Source: a candidate division WOR-3 bacterium
GTDB taxonomy: Bacteria > Hydrothermota > Tepidihabitantia > SM23-42 > JAOAFX01
Assembly (NCBI GenBank): GCA_965648775.1
Contig: CBFGIH010000001.1
Span: forward strand, 6,405 to 32,788
Direction of reading: 5' to 3'
Length of the DNA: 26,384 bases
This document shows, one piece after another, positions 16,335-24,270 of this stretch. The notes beneath the pieces were generated by a model. It was given only the letters and a program-made list of their open reading frames with translations, was not told the DNA's origin and did not search any database. The translations under genes were made by a program, and so were the position numbers. How positions within the stretch are numbered: position 1 is the first letter of the stretch; the number at the start of each line of letters is the position of its first letter.

Positions 16335-16799
16335 TTAAAATGTCTTGGCGATCGAAAAAATGCTCTTCAACTGCTCGTCGGTTTTACGCAGCCGGGCGCT
16401 GAGCGTCCGGGTGAAAACCCAAAGCAGTTTGTATGCGATCCCCGTCTCCTGAGCCAGGAGTTTTCGGAAATCATCTTTGCCGATCAAGAGCAGAATCGTA
16501 TCGTCATTGGCGATCGCTGAAGCCGACCGCGGGACATCATCGATGAGGGCCATCTCACCAAAGTACTCCCCCTCGCGCAGGATGGTCAATGCTTCTTCGC
16601 CCACACCCGGGACAATGGTGGAAATGCGCACACTGCCGGCAACGATCAGATAAAAAGCGTCGCCGGCATCCCCTTCCTTGAAGATGATGTCACCTTTTTT
16701 GGCCCTTCTTTCCCTGGAGATGGAAATTAAAATATCCATCTCACTCGGCGTGAGTTCCCGGAACAGGTATACTTGACTGAGTGCTTCTTTTTCCTTCAC
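16335..16799 (-). CDS. stand-alone cyclic nucleotide-binding domain protein
   Basis: IFKEGDAGDAFYLIVAGSVRI, GEYFGEMALIDDVPRSASA phosphate-binding cassette; no HTH. Confidence 0.92.
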   Translation of the reverse strand: MKEKEALSQVYLFRELTPSEMDILISISRERRAKKGDIIFKEGDAGDAFYLIVAGSVRISTIVPGVGEEALTILREGEYFGEMALIDDVPRSASAIANDDTILLLIGKDDFRKLLAQETGIAYKLLWVFTRTLSARLRKTDEQLKSIFSIAKTF

Positions 16800-17818
16800 C
16801 GGGCCTCCTGAGCCAGACGGCAGGCTTCGCCGCGCTTGATCGTTCCGGTCTCCCGGGTCCAGGTCAGCAGGCCGATTGAGGCATACTGAAAAACCGACAT
16901 GATCTGCACCTTGCCGATATTAAAATCGGGCATTTTTTTGCCGTCGATAATCCGCTCTTGATAAACATTAAAGATATCGCCGACGGCAACCTGCGCTTCT
17001 TCGCCCTGATCCAGCACGACATAGATATGAGGATTGGTGACGAATTTGCTGAAATCGATCAGATCCACGATATACGCGATCAACTCGCGGGACGCGTCCA
17101 CCAAGGCGACGTTGGACGGCGAGACCATCGGTTCATAGGGCTGAACCAGATCGCCGATTTTGATCACATCGTAGGAGGTGATGACTTTGCAGCGGGCACC
17201 ATCTTCTCCGACTTCCTGCACCTCAGCCTTGCCGAGAATAATTATCTGTTTGCCCAGAAACTTACCCGTTTTAGGCGAATCATAATCCTTGCCTTTTCGG
17301 TATATGGTCAGGATATCGCCGGGCTTGACATCCGAACGGCGATCAATGTAAATCCGGTCATAGGTCGTGATGCTTCTCTCTGGTGCGGGTTCGGTGCCAA
17401 TGATTTTTCCCCAAAGAGGCAGGTCCTCGGTGACAATGAATCCGGCACGGTGTAAAAATGGTTCACTGAAGATATGCTCCTCGCTCTTTACCACTGAGAT
17501 GATCTCAGCGGTTTTCTTGACCGGCGCCGGCGGTGGTGCTGTCGGCACATAAGACGGCGGCGGGGTGACCGTGGTTTCCGGCGCGGCGGCCGTGGCTTCC
17601 GGCGATGGCGGAATCACAAAAACCTGATCCGGATAGATCCAATGCGGATCCTGAATTTTGGTCAGATTTGCCCGCCAGATATAAGGCCACAAAAAAGCGT
17701 TTTGATAGTAGAAGTGAGCGATGTCCCAAAGGGTATCGCCCTCTTTCACGGTATGGGTTGTTTCCTGAGCCATGCCGCTCAGAGCTATGAATAACAACAG
17801 AATGACCATCTTCTTCAT
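16796..17818 (-). CDS. LysM peptidoglycan-binding periplasmic protein, TsaP-like
   Basis: Start moved to ATG 17818 (SD AAGGAGG). Signal peptide MKKMVILLLFIALSGMAQE, LysM HTVKEGDTLWDIA..LWPYIW..IQDPHWIYPDQVFVIP, Pro/Thr linker, beta-rich C-terminal domain. Confidence 0.85.
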   Translation of the reverse strand: MKKMVILLLFIALSGMAQETTHTVKEGDTLWDIAHFYYQNAFLWPYIWRANLTKIQDPHWIYPDQVFVIPPSPEATAAAPETTVTPPPSYVPTAPPPAPVKKTAEIISVVKSEEHIFSEPFLHRAGFIVTEDLPLWGKIIGTEPAPERSITTYDRIYIDRRSDVKPGDILTIYRKGKDYDSPKTGKFLGKQIIILGKAEVQEVGEDGARCKVITSYDVIKIGDLVQPYEPMVSPSNVALVDASRELIAYIVDLIDFSKFVTNPHIYVVLDQGEEAQVAVGDIFNVYQERIIDGKKMPDFNIGKVQIMSVFQYASIGLLTWTRETGTIKRGEACRLAQEAR

Positions 17819-17843
17819 CTCTACCTCCTTGGTTTCCGACGCA

Positions 17844-19010
17844 CTAATTGTTCCATCGTCCCAGCAGGTTGCGGACGCGGACAATTTTATTGCGATTCTT
17901 GAACACCCGGGCGACCCGCGGCCCGATCCCCGAGGTGATTTCGTAAACAATGGTCTTGCACTTGGTCGCGCATTCCTCCGCGGTTATCTCCTCGCGGCCG
18001 TCCCGGCCGATCAGAGTCACGACATCGCCGATGCCTGTCTCCGGCACGTCCGTGATATCGATCATGAGCAGATCCATGCATACCGTGCCGATAATCTTTG
18101 CCCGGCGGCCGCGGCAGAGGACTTCTCCGATATTGGAAAGCATGCGGGGGTAACCGTCGCCGTAACCCACGCTGACCGTGGCGATCCGGCTCCGGCGGGC
18201 AGTGCGGTAGGTATGACCGTAACTGACCGGGGTGTTGGGCGGGACTTCACGGATATTCACGATTTTGGACTTCAGTGTCATGACCGGTTTAAAATCGTCT
18301 CCGTAATATACATTCGGCGAAGAACGCAGGCCATATAAAGAAATGCCGGGCCGAACCAGGTTGAACAAGGCGTCCGGAAAATTGAATAAACCTGACGAAT
18401 TCGCCATATGATAGTATTTAAAACGCGCGCCATTTTTACGGAGGCCATTGAGCAGGCGGTTGAAATTCTGAATCTGCCGGCTGGTGAAATTACCGTCCGC
18501 ATCGGCCAAAGGAAAATGAGAAAATAGACCCGTAATCTTGACGTGCGGCGAAGCGGTCAATAGTTTCATGGCATCCGCCGCTTCGCAGAAGGGTATGCCG
18601 GTGCGAGTCATGCCGGTGTCTATTTCCACATGCGCCGTGATCACCGTGCCCAGAGTCCGAGCCCGCTGATTGAGTTCACGGTAGAAAGCCAGCTCTGAAA
18701 TTGTGGGAATTAAATTGTGTTCAATGATTTCATCAATCTGGTTGTAAAGGATCGGACTCAAGACCAGGATATCAGTCGTAATGCCGGCCTGGCGGAGTTC
18801 AATCCCCTCTTCCACGCTGGCCACTCCAAAAAAATCCACGCCTTCCGCGCTTAAGGTCTCGGCGATTTCCACTGCGCCGTGTCCATAGGCATCGGCTTTT
18901 ATCGCCGCCATGATTTTAGCGCGATGAGCCTGACGTTTAATCAGTCGATAATTCATGATCAACCGGTCCAGCGCGATTTCCGCCCAGACGCGGCCTTCCA
19001 TTCCGATCAT
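17844..19010 (-). CDS. alr: alanine racemase
   Basis: IKADAYGHG (PLP Lys), HVEIDTGMTRTG, GLFSHF, NSSG, VRPGISLYG, VSYG, GYGDGYPR, IGTVCMD, TIVYEI. Confidence 0.97.
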   Translation of the reverse strand: MIGMEGRVWAEIALDRLIMNYRLIKRQAHRAKIMAAIKADAYGHGAVEIAETLSAEGVDFFGVASVEEGIELRQAGITTDILVLSPILYNQIDEIIEHNLIPTISELAFYRELNQRARTLGTVITAHVEIDTGMTRTGIPFCEAADAMKLLTASPHVKITGLFSHFPLADADGNFTSRQIQNFNRLLNGLRKNGARFKYYHMANSSGLFNFPDALFNLVRPGISLYGLRSSPNVYYGDDFKPVMTLKSKIVNIREVPPNTPVSYGHTYRTARRSRIATVSVGYGDGYPRMLSNIGEVLCRGRRAKIIGTVCMDLLMIDITDVPETGIGDVVTLIGRDGREEITAEECATKCKTIVYEITSGIGPRVARVFKNRNKIVRVRNLLGRWNN

Positions 19011-19017
19011 TAAACAA

Positions 19018-19045
19018 ATAATATATATATTTAATAAAAAATCAA
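19018..19045 (-). promoter_or_regulatory. sigma70-type promoter of alr
   Basis: TTGATT - 16 bp - TATTAT - 7 nt - ATG(19010) on the minus strand in very AT-rich DNA. Confidence 0.5.
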
Positions 19046-19072
19046 GGGGTAATTGCAGGACCTTCGGTAAAA

Positions 19073-19531
19073 TCAGGGTTTTTTCATCAGGCCGCTGAAA
19101 AAAAGGTGCGATTTCTTGGCCTGATTAATGTTTTGATTCACCACCAGGATCGTATCATCGCCGGCCACGGTACCCATGATTCCGGTAATTTTCGCGTTAT
19201 CGATCACCCGGCTCACGGCCTGCGCCTCACCGGGAATGGTTTTGACCAGGATCAGATTGCCCACGCGGACCAGATCCTGGACCGCGCTGATGAATTTGAT
19301 CTGAAGCGTTTTGGCATTGGCCGGCACCGATTCCGCGACCAGCTTGTAAGCGGCACCGGACAGCCCTTCGGGCATTTTCGTAACCCCCATTTCGCGGAGA
19401 TCGCGGGACAGCGTGGCCTGGGTTACCCGGATGCCTTTCTGACGGAGGATGGCCAGCAAGACCTCCTGGGTGCGCACCTCGCGGCTGGTGATGAGTTCAC
19501 GGATGTGCCTTTGCCGGTTAATTTTTTTCAT
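19073..19531 (-). CDS. argR: arginine repressor
   Basis: TQEVLL..L...GIRVTQATLSRDLREMG winged helix; LVKTIPGEAQ and GTVAGDDTI arginine-binding domain. Confidence 0.96.
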   Translation of the reverse strand: MKKINRQRHIRELITSREVRTQEVLLAILRQKGIRVTQATLSRDLREMGVTKMPEGLSGAAYKLVAESVPANAKTLQIKFISAVQDLVRVGNLILVKTIPGEAQAVSRVIDNAKITGIMGTVAGDDTILVVNQNINQAKKSHLFFSGLMKKP

Positions 19532-19565
19532 GGATAATTATACAGAGCGATTGCATAATGTCAAG
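19531..19565 (-). promoter_or_regulatory. argR promoter overlapped by an ARG box (autoregulation)
   Basis: TTGACA(19559-19564) - 16 bp - TATAAT(19537-19542) - 5 nt - ATG. ARG-box core TGGATAATTATACA at 19531-19544, with half site TGCATAAT 21 bp away at 19552. Confidence 0.75.
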
Positions 19566-19633
19566 GGGCGGCATACCCCGCCGGACCGCCGCCGTCCCAA
19601 TCGACACCCCCGGCGTGCACCGTGCATAATCTC

Positions 19634-19688
19634 TTGACAACAGGTTTGGTATGCGTATAATTATACAATTATGATTAATAAATATGCA
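19634..19688 (+). promoter_or_regulatory. argH promoter with tandem ARG boxes
   Basis: TTGACA(19634-19639) - 16 bp - TATAAT(19656-19661). Cores CGTATAATTATACA (19654-19667) and TTAATAAATATGCA (19675-19688) sit at the canonical 21-bp period. Confidence 0.8.
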
Positions 19689-21092
19689 AATGGCATACGA
19701 GGTGGGCGATTCCGGAAACCGCTGGCGGCCGCAGCCCTGGCCTTTTCTTCATCGCTGACTGAAGATGAGCGGCTGATTCCCTATGACCTGGCGTGCAGCG
19801 AGGCGCATGTTCGCATGCTGGCCCGGCAGGGTATCATCTCGGCGGACGACCGCCGCCGCCTCCAGGCCGGCCTTCGGCAGATCAAAAATGAATACCAGCG
19901 AGGTTCGTTCCACCTGCGGTCGAAGTACGAAGATGTGCACATGAACATTGAGGCGCGGCTCCAGAAATTGCTCGGGCCGACCGCGGCGGCCCTTCACACC
20001 GGCCGCAGCCGAAATGATCTCATTGCCGCGGACTTGCGGCTTTATCTTCGGACCGCGGTGATCGATTTGATGGCCCGAGTCACGGAACTTCAGACCGCGC
20101 TGCTTGCCGCGGAACCCGGCCAGAAAATTATCATTCCCGCTTTCACGCACCTGCGGCCGGCGCAGCCAGTTTCATATATTTTTTACCGGCTGGGCTGGTT
20201 CTGGAAATTCCGGCGCGATTTTGAAGCGCTCGAGCAGCTGCTACCGGTCATCAATGTTTCGCCACTGGGCGCCGGCGCCCTGGCCGGCACGACGCACGGC
20301 ATCGATCCGGAATACATTGCCCGTCGCCTGCGCTTTGACCAGGTTTTCACCAATAGCCAGGATGCAGTCAGCGACCGCGACTTCATGCTGGAAACCGCCT
20401 TCCGGATCACTCAGATCATGATTCATATTTCCCAGTTTGCCGAGGATTTGATTATTTACAGCCTGCCTGAGGTTGGTTTTTTTGAACTCGACGAAGCCTA
20501 CACCACCGGTTCCAGCATCATGCCCCAGAAAAAAAATCCGGACATTTGCGAATTGCTGCGCGGCCGGACCGCCAGCGCCGCCGGCGTTCTTTCCGGCTTG
20601 ACTGCCCTGCTCAAAGGTTTGCCCGGCGGTTATAACCGCGATCTACAGGAAATGAAAGCACCGCTGTTCCGGTTGATCGATGATGTAAACGCCAGCCTGA
20701 CAGTGGCAACCGGCATGGCGGTAACCACGCGCGTCACAGATAAATGGCGGGGGTGGTCAAAAACGCCGTCCTATGCCGGCTGCACGGAACTCGTCGATCA
20801 TCTTGTCCGGCGCGGATGGCGGTTTCGCGCGGCCTATCACCAGGTCGCCGCCTGCGTGCGGGACAGCCGGGAACAGATCGACGAATTTATCAATCTCAGT
20901 CGGCAGCGGTTAAAGATCCCGGCGGAAGATATAAAGAAAATCCTCCGGCCGGATAATTCGGTGCGGACTAAGTTATCCCCGGGCGGAACCGGTCACCGAT
21001 CAGTCTGTCTTCAACTCAACCGCGGCCGGGTTCTGATCGCCGCCCAAAAAAAATTGATCTCCAAACTGCGGCGCAAATACCGGCTGGCTTAA
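19671..21092 (+). CDS. argH: argininosuccinate lyase
   Basis: GGRF N-terminus, EDVHMNIEARL, LHTGRSRND, AFTHLRPAQP, SPLGAGALAG, GSSIMPQKKNPD, YNRDLQE. Confidence 0.96.
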   Translation: MINKYANGIRGGRFRKPLAAAALAFSSSLTEDERLIPYDLACSEAHVRMLARQGIISADDRRRLQAGLRQIKNEYQRGSFHLRSKYEDVHMNIEARLQKLLGPTAAALHTGRSRNDLIAADLRLYLRTAVIDLMARVTELQTALLAAEPGQKIIIPAFTHLRPAQPVSYIFYRLGWFWKFRRDFEALEQLLPVINVSPLGAGALAGTTHGIDPEYIARRLRFDQVFTNSQDAVSDRDFMLETAFRITQIMIHISQFAEDLIIYSLPEVGFFELDEAYTTGSSIMPQKKNPDICELLRGRTASAAGVLSGLTALLKGLPGGYNRDLQEMKAPLFRLIDDVNASLTVATGMAVTTRVTDKWRGWSKTPSYAGCTELVDHLVRRGWRFRAAYHQVAACVRDSREQIDEFINLSRQRLKIPAEDIKKILRPDNSVRTKLSPGGTGHRSVCLQLNRGRVLIAAQKKLISKLRRKYRLA

Positions 21093-21221
21093 GGTTTTGC
21101 GGAACGCTTTTAATTCACCGGCCGCTGCCCAACCCGCGATCCAGGCAAAACGGTAGTGCCACCGCATCAATCCTGGATGATCGCCCGACCCGGAATTTAT
21201 TTTACTGAGCATACTATTCCG

Positions 21222-21250
21222 TTGACAAGATCTTCCAGACAATATATAAT
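21222..21250 (+). promoter_or_regulatory. consensus sigma70 promoter of arcC (likely leaderless)
   Basis: TTGACA - 17 bp - TATAAT - 5 nt - ATG(21256); no SD. Confidence 0.75.
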
Positions 21251-21255
21251 TTGCC

Positions 21256-22191
21256 ATGAAAAAAGCGGTTATTGCCTTAGGCGGCAACGCCATCGCCACG
21301 ACCGGCAAGGAAAATATTCATGAGCAGTTCGCCAACACGCGCAAGAGCCTGGAAGGAATTGTCGAACTCATTCAAGACGGATACCATCTCGCCATCACCC
21401 ATGGCAACGGTCCCCAGGTCGGCAACGCTCTGCTGAGGGTGGAAAAAACCATCAAAGAAATTCCCGCTCTGCCCTTAGGCGTGATCGTGGCGGACACGGA
21501 AGGCGGCATGGGGTATATGATCGAGCAAAGCCTGCAGAACAAACTGATCCGGCTGAATATCCCACGCGAAGTGGTCACGATTGTGACCCAGATCATCGTT
21601 GATCCGGACGATCCCTCGATCATCAATCCCACCAAGTTCATCGGTCCCTACTACACCGAAAAACAGGCCGAAACGCTCTCCGTTCAGTATGGCTGGGTGA
21701 TCAAGGAAGATTCGGGCCGCGGTTATCGACGGCTCGTGCCGTCTCCGCTTCCCTGCCGGATTATCAACCGTCATATCATCCAGGAACTCGTGGATCAGGG
21801 GGTAATCGTGATCGCCGCCGGCGGTGGCGGTATTCCAGTTTATGTCGAGAACGACGGAACCTACGAAGGCGTGGACGCGGTCATTGACAAAGATCGGGCG
21901 TCCGCGGTCCTGGCGCACGACATCGGCGCCCAAACGCTCGTTATCCTGACCGGCGTGGACAATGTCTATCTTAATTTCAATCGGCCGGACCAGACCCGCC
22001 TCGCCGAGGTCACCCTGAACCAGATCAAGGAATATCAGACCCAGGGCCATTTTCCGGCGGGCAGTATGGGCCCCAAGATCGAAGCCGCCATCGCTTTTTT
22101 GGAAAGCGGCGGCCGGGAAGTGATCATTACCTCCTTAGATAAAGCGAAACCGGCGCTGCAAGGCAGCGCCGGCACGCGCATTGTCCGTTAA
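21256..22191 (+). CDS. arcC: carbamate kinase
   Basis: AVIALGGNAI, THGNGPQVG, ADTEGGMGY, NPTKFIGP, GRGYRRLVPSP, GGGGIPV, GVDAVIDKD, FPAGSMGPKIEAA. Confidence 0.97.
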   Translation: MKKAVIALGGNAIATTGKENIHEQFANTRKSLEGIVELIQDGYHLAITHGNGPQVGNALLRVEKTIKEIPALPLGVIVADTEGGMGYMIEQSLQNKLIRLNIPREVVTIVTQIIVDPDDPSIINPTKFIGPYYTEKQAETLSVQYGWVIKEDSGRGYRRLVPSPLPCRIINRHIIQELVDQGVIVIAAGGGGIPVYVENDGTYEGVDAVIDKDRASAVLAHDIGAQTLVILTGVDNVYLNFNRPDQTRLAEVTLNQIKEYQTQGHFPAGSMGPKIEAAIAFLESGGREVIITSLDKAKPALQGSAGTRIVR

Positions 22192-22198
22192 TATTCCT

Positions 22199-22789
22199 TT
22201 AAAACCGCAGCATCGGCCGCCAGGCCATGGTGATGACCAGCCCGGAAATCGCGCCGACGATGAAGTAGGCGACGAGAAAAACTACGATCGCGATGATGAA
22301 GTACACTAATACCTTATCTTTTGGGGTTTCCATCATCGGTTCAAATCCAACATAAAGGATGTAAAGGCCGTACAAACCGGCGAGAAAAACCAGAATGCCG
22401 AGAATGGGAAAGATATTGAGGACGCTGGCAATCCATGCGGGGGTCATGGAATAGACCACCAGTTTGACCGCATTGGTCATGTCCGGCTTGGATCCAAAAC
22501 TCGGCGCCAGGGCGTTGATCACCAGGGCAAAAACATAAAGCATCACCAGGCTCAGAATATAATAAACAATCGCCCAGGCCAGCGAATACGCCAGCGGAAT
22601 GCGGATGGAACCCAGCAATCCGAAGTTCATGCCGATCAGCGCGCGGCCGAGAAACCCAAAAACCGCCGGGATCAAGGCCAGTGGAATCGCATACCCCGTG
22701 AAGACCTGGCCGACGCCGGCCGGCTCGCCTTTTATTTTCACCCATTCGGTCTTGGGCGAAATCAAAATATTTTTAATTCGCTCAATCAT
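22199..22789 (-). CDS. Yip1-family membrane protein
   Basis: IERIKNILISPKTEW..IK.E, LAPSFGS, VVYSMTPAWIA..L, LYGLYILYVG; five TM; SD AGGAGG. Confidence 0.9.
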   Translation of the reverse strand: MIERIKNILISPKTEWVKIKGEPAGVGQVFTGYAIPLALIPAVFGFLGRALIGMNFGLLGSIRIPLAYSLAWAIVYYILSLVMLYVFALVINALAPSFGSKPDMTNAVKLVVYSMTPAWIASVLNIFPILGILVFLAGLYGLYILYVGFEPMMETPKDKVLVYFIIAIVVFLVAYFIVGAISGLVITMAWRPMLRF

Positions 22790-22811
22790 CGCGTCCTCCT
22801 TTGATCTCCAG

Positions 22812-22839
22812 ATTATAACAATATCTGGCGGAATGTCAA
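22812..22839 (-). promoter_or_regulatory. sigma70 promoter of Yip1 gene (leadered)
   Basis: TTGACA - 16 bp - TATAAT, followed by a short leader carrying AGGAGG (22795-22800). Confidence 0.75.
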
Positions 22840-22887
22840 CATTAGAAAAATTTCTTTACAATAAATCTCTTGCTGGTTATCCTGGTC

Positions 22888-22918
22888 TTGACTTCCCGGA
22901 TAAAATAAATATTATAAT
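22888..22918 (+). promoter_or_regulatory. sigma70-type promoter of HD-GYP gene
   Basis: TTGACT - 16 bp - TATTAT, with an overlapping TATAAT (22913-22918) 6 nt before ATG 22925; no SD. Confidence 0.6.
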
Positions 22919-22924
22919 CGTTCA

Positions 22925-24208
22925 ATGATCTCAGCGCTTGCCACTTTATCCTTCGCGCTGATTACTTTCTTTTTTTTCATCGGTCTCATTTACCTTTTTC
23001 GCCGCGATCCGCATCATACCATTTTTCTCTATGCCGGTTTGAATTTCCTGGCCAGTTTTCTTTATCTCTTCGGCGAATATCTCCTGCAGATCGTGCGCGA
23101 GCCGGTCGCGATCGTGATCACCACGAAAATTGTTTACGCCGGCGGCTTCGGCTTTCTCTTCGCCCTGCCCATGTTCATCACCGCCCTGCGGGGAATAAAT
23201 ATTAAGCCGGCCCTGCGCCGCGGCCTGCTGGTCGTGACGATTCTGCTCGAAGGATTATGCCTGGGAACGCCCTTGATCATCGCCCACCACACCCAAATTC
23301 AACTCGGCGCTCTGCGCGGCGGCATGGGCCCGCTCTATCCTTACAGCGTTGGACTCTTAATCAGCGTCTGCCTGGGCGCGGTTCTGCTTGCCTTGAAGCG
23401 CAAACCCGACACCCCTGCCGTCAACTATCATCCGATGATGATTGGCCTCGGTGTCTGTCTGATAACCGGCGTCCTTTACCTTCTGAACCTTTTCTTCTCG
23501 AAGCCATTTTTACCGATGATTCCAAGGCCTTTCATTTACGGCATTTTCATTCTATCCGTTTCGTTCGCGGCAACATTTTTTTCTCAATTCTCATGGTTAT
23601 CCGCGGCCTTTACCCGCTCGGAACGGAAAATAGAACAACTCCTGCAAAAATCCAATCAAAGTTTCCTGGAATTCGTGCAACTGATTGCCCGGACCCTCGA
23701 CGCCAAAGACCATTACACGGCGGGTCATTCCCTGCGGGTCATGGAATACGCCACACGCGTCGCCCGCGCCCTGGACCTGCCTGAGCACGATATTCAACTG
23801 CTCAAGCAGTCATGCCTGCTTCACGATATCGGCAAGATCAGCATCCCGGATGGCATCCTCAATAAAAAATCGCCGCTCACGGATCAGGACCGGGAATACA
23901 TAATACGACACCCGCTGGTTGGAAAGCAAATTCTCAGCGCCATGAGCGAATTTCAGGAAATTATCGAAATCATTCAGGCTCATCATGAGCGGATCGACGG
24001 CAAGGGTTATCCCCAAGGATTGATCGGCGAGGATATACCCCTGCTGGCGCGCATTCTGGCCGTGGCCGACACCTACGATGCTATATGCTCGGAACGCCCC
24101 TACCGCCGCGCCAAACCACCGGACCTGGCGATCCAGGAACTCCGCAGCGTCCGTGATACCCAGCTCGATGAACAAATTGTCGAGAAATTCATTGAAGTCA
24201 TTTCTTAG
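22925..24208 (+). CDS. membrane-bound HD-GYP domain phosphodiesterase (~7 TM sensor plus HD-GYP)
   Basis: About seven hydrophobic helices, then DAKDHYTAGHSLRV, LLHDIGK, HP, HHERIDGKGYPQGL, ILAVADTYDA, RPYR. Confidence 0.92.
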   Translation: MISALATLSFALITFFFFIGLIYLFRRDPHHTIFLYAGLNFLASFLYLFGEYLLQIVREPVAIVITTKIVYAGGFGFLFALPMFITALRGINIKPALRRGLLVVTILLEGLCLGTPLIIAHHTQIQLGALRGGMGPLYPYSVGLLISVCLGAVLLALKRKPDTPAVNYHPMMIGLGVCLITGVLYLLNLFFSKPFLPMIPRPFIYGIFILSVSFAATFFSQFSWLSAAFTRSERKIEQLLQKSNQSFLEFVQLIARTLDAKDHYTAGHSLRVMEYATRVARALDLPEHDIQLLKQSCLLHDIGKISIPDGILNKKSPLTDQDREYIIRHPLVGKQILSAMSEFQEIIEIIQAHHERIDGKGYPQGLIGEDIPLLARILAVADTYDAICSERPYRRAKPPDLAIQELRSVRDTQLDEQIVEKFIEVIS

Positions 24209-24236
24209 CGGACCGGTGCAAGACTCGGTGGCATGA

Positions 24237-24265
24237 TTGAATTACGCTTTTATATAAATTATAAT
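24237..24265 (+). promoter_or_regulatory. sigma70-type promoter of comB-like gene (likely leaderless)
   Basis: TTGAAT - 17 bp - TATAAT - 5 nt - ATG(24271). Confidence 0.65.
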
Positions 24266-24270
24266 CCAAA

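Noticed and set aside
17819-17950. N-terminal extension of the LysM ORF
   Set aside because: It overlaps the alr 3' end. The signal peptide and SD AAGGAGG place the start at 17818.
21136-21184. Nested hairpin (ATCCAGG/CCTGGAT around CGGT/ACCG) containing GGCAAAAC, reminiscent of a c-di-GMP-I riboswitch
   Set aside because: It lacks the GNRA tetraloop and second-stem consensus, and lies upstream of the arcC promoter so is not in its leader. At most a terminator-like structure after argH.
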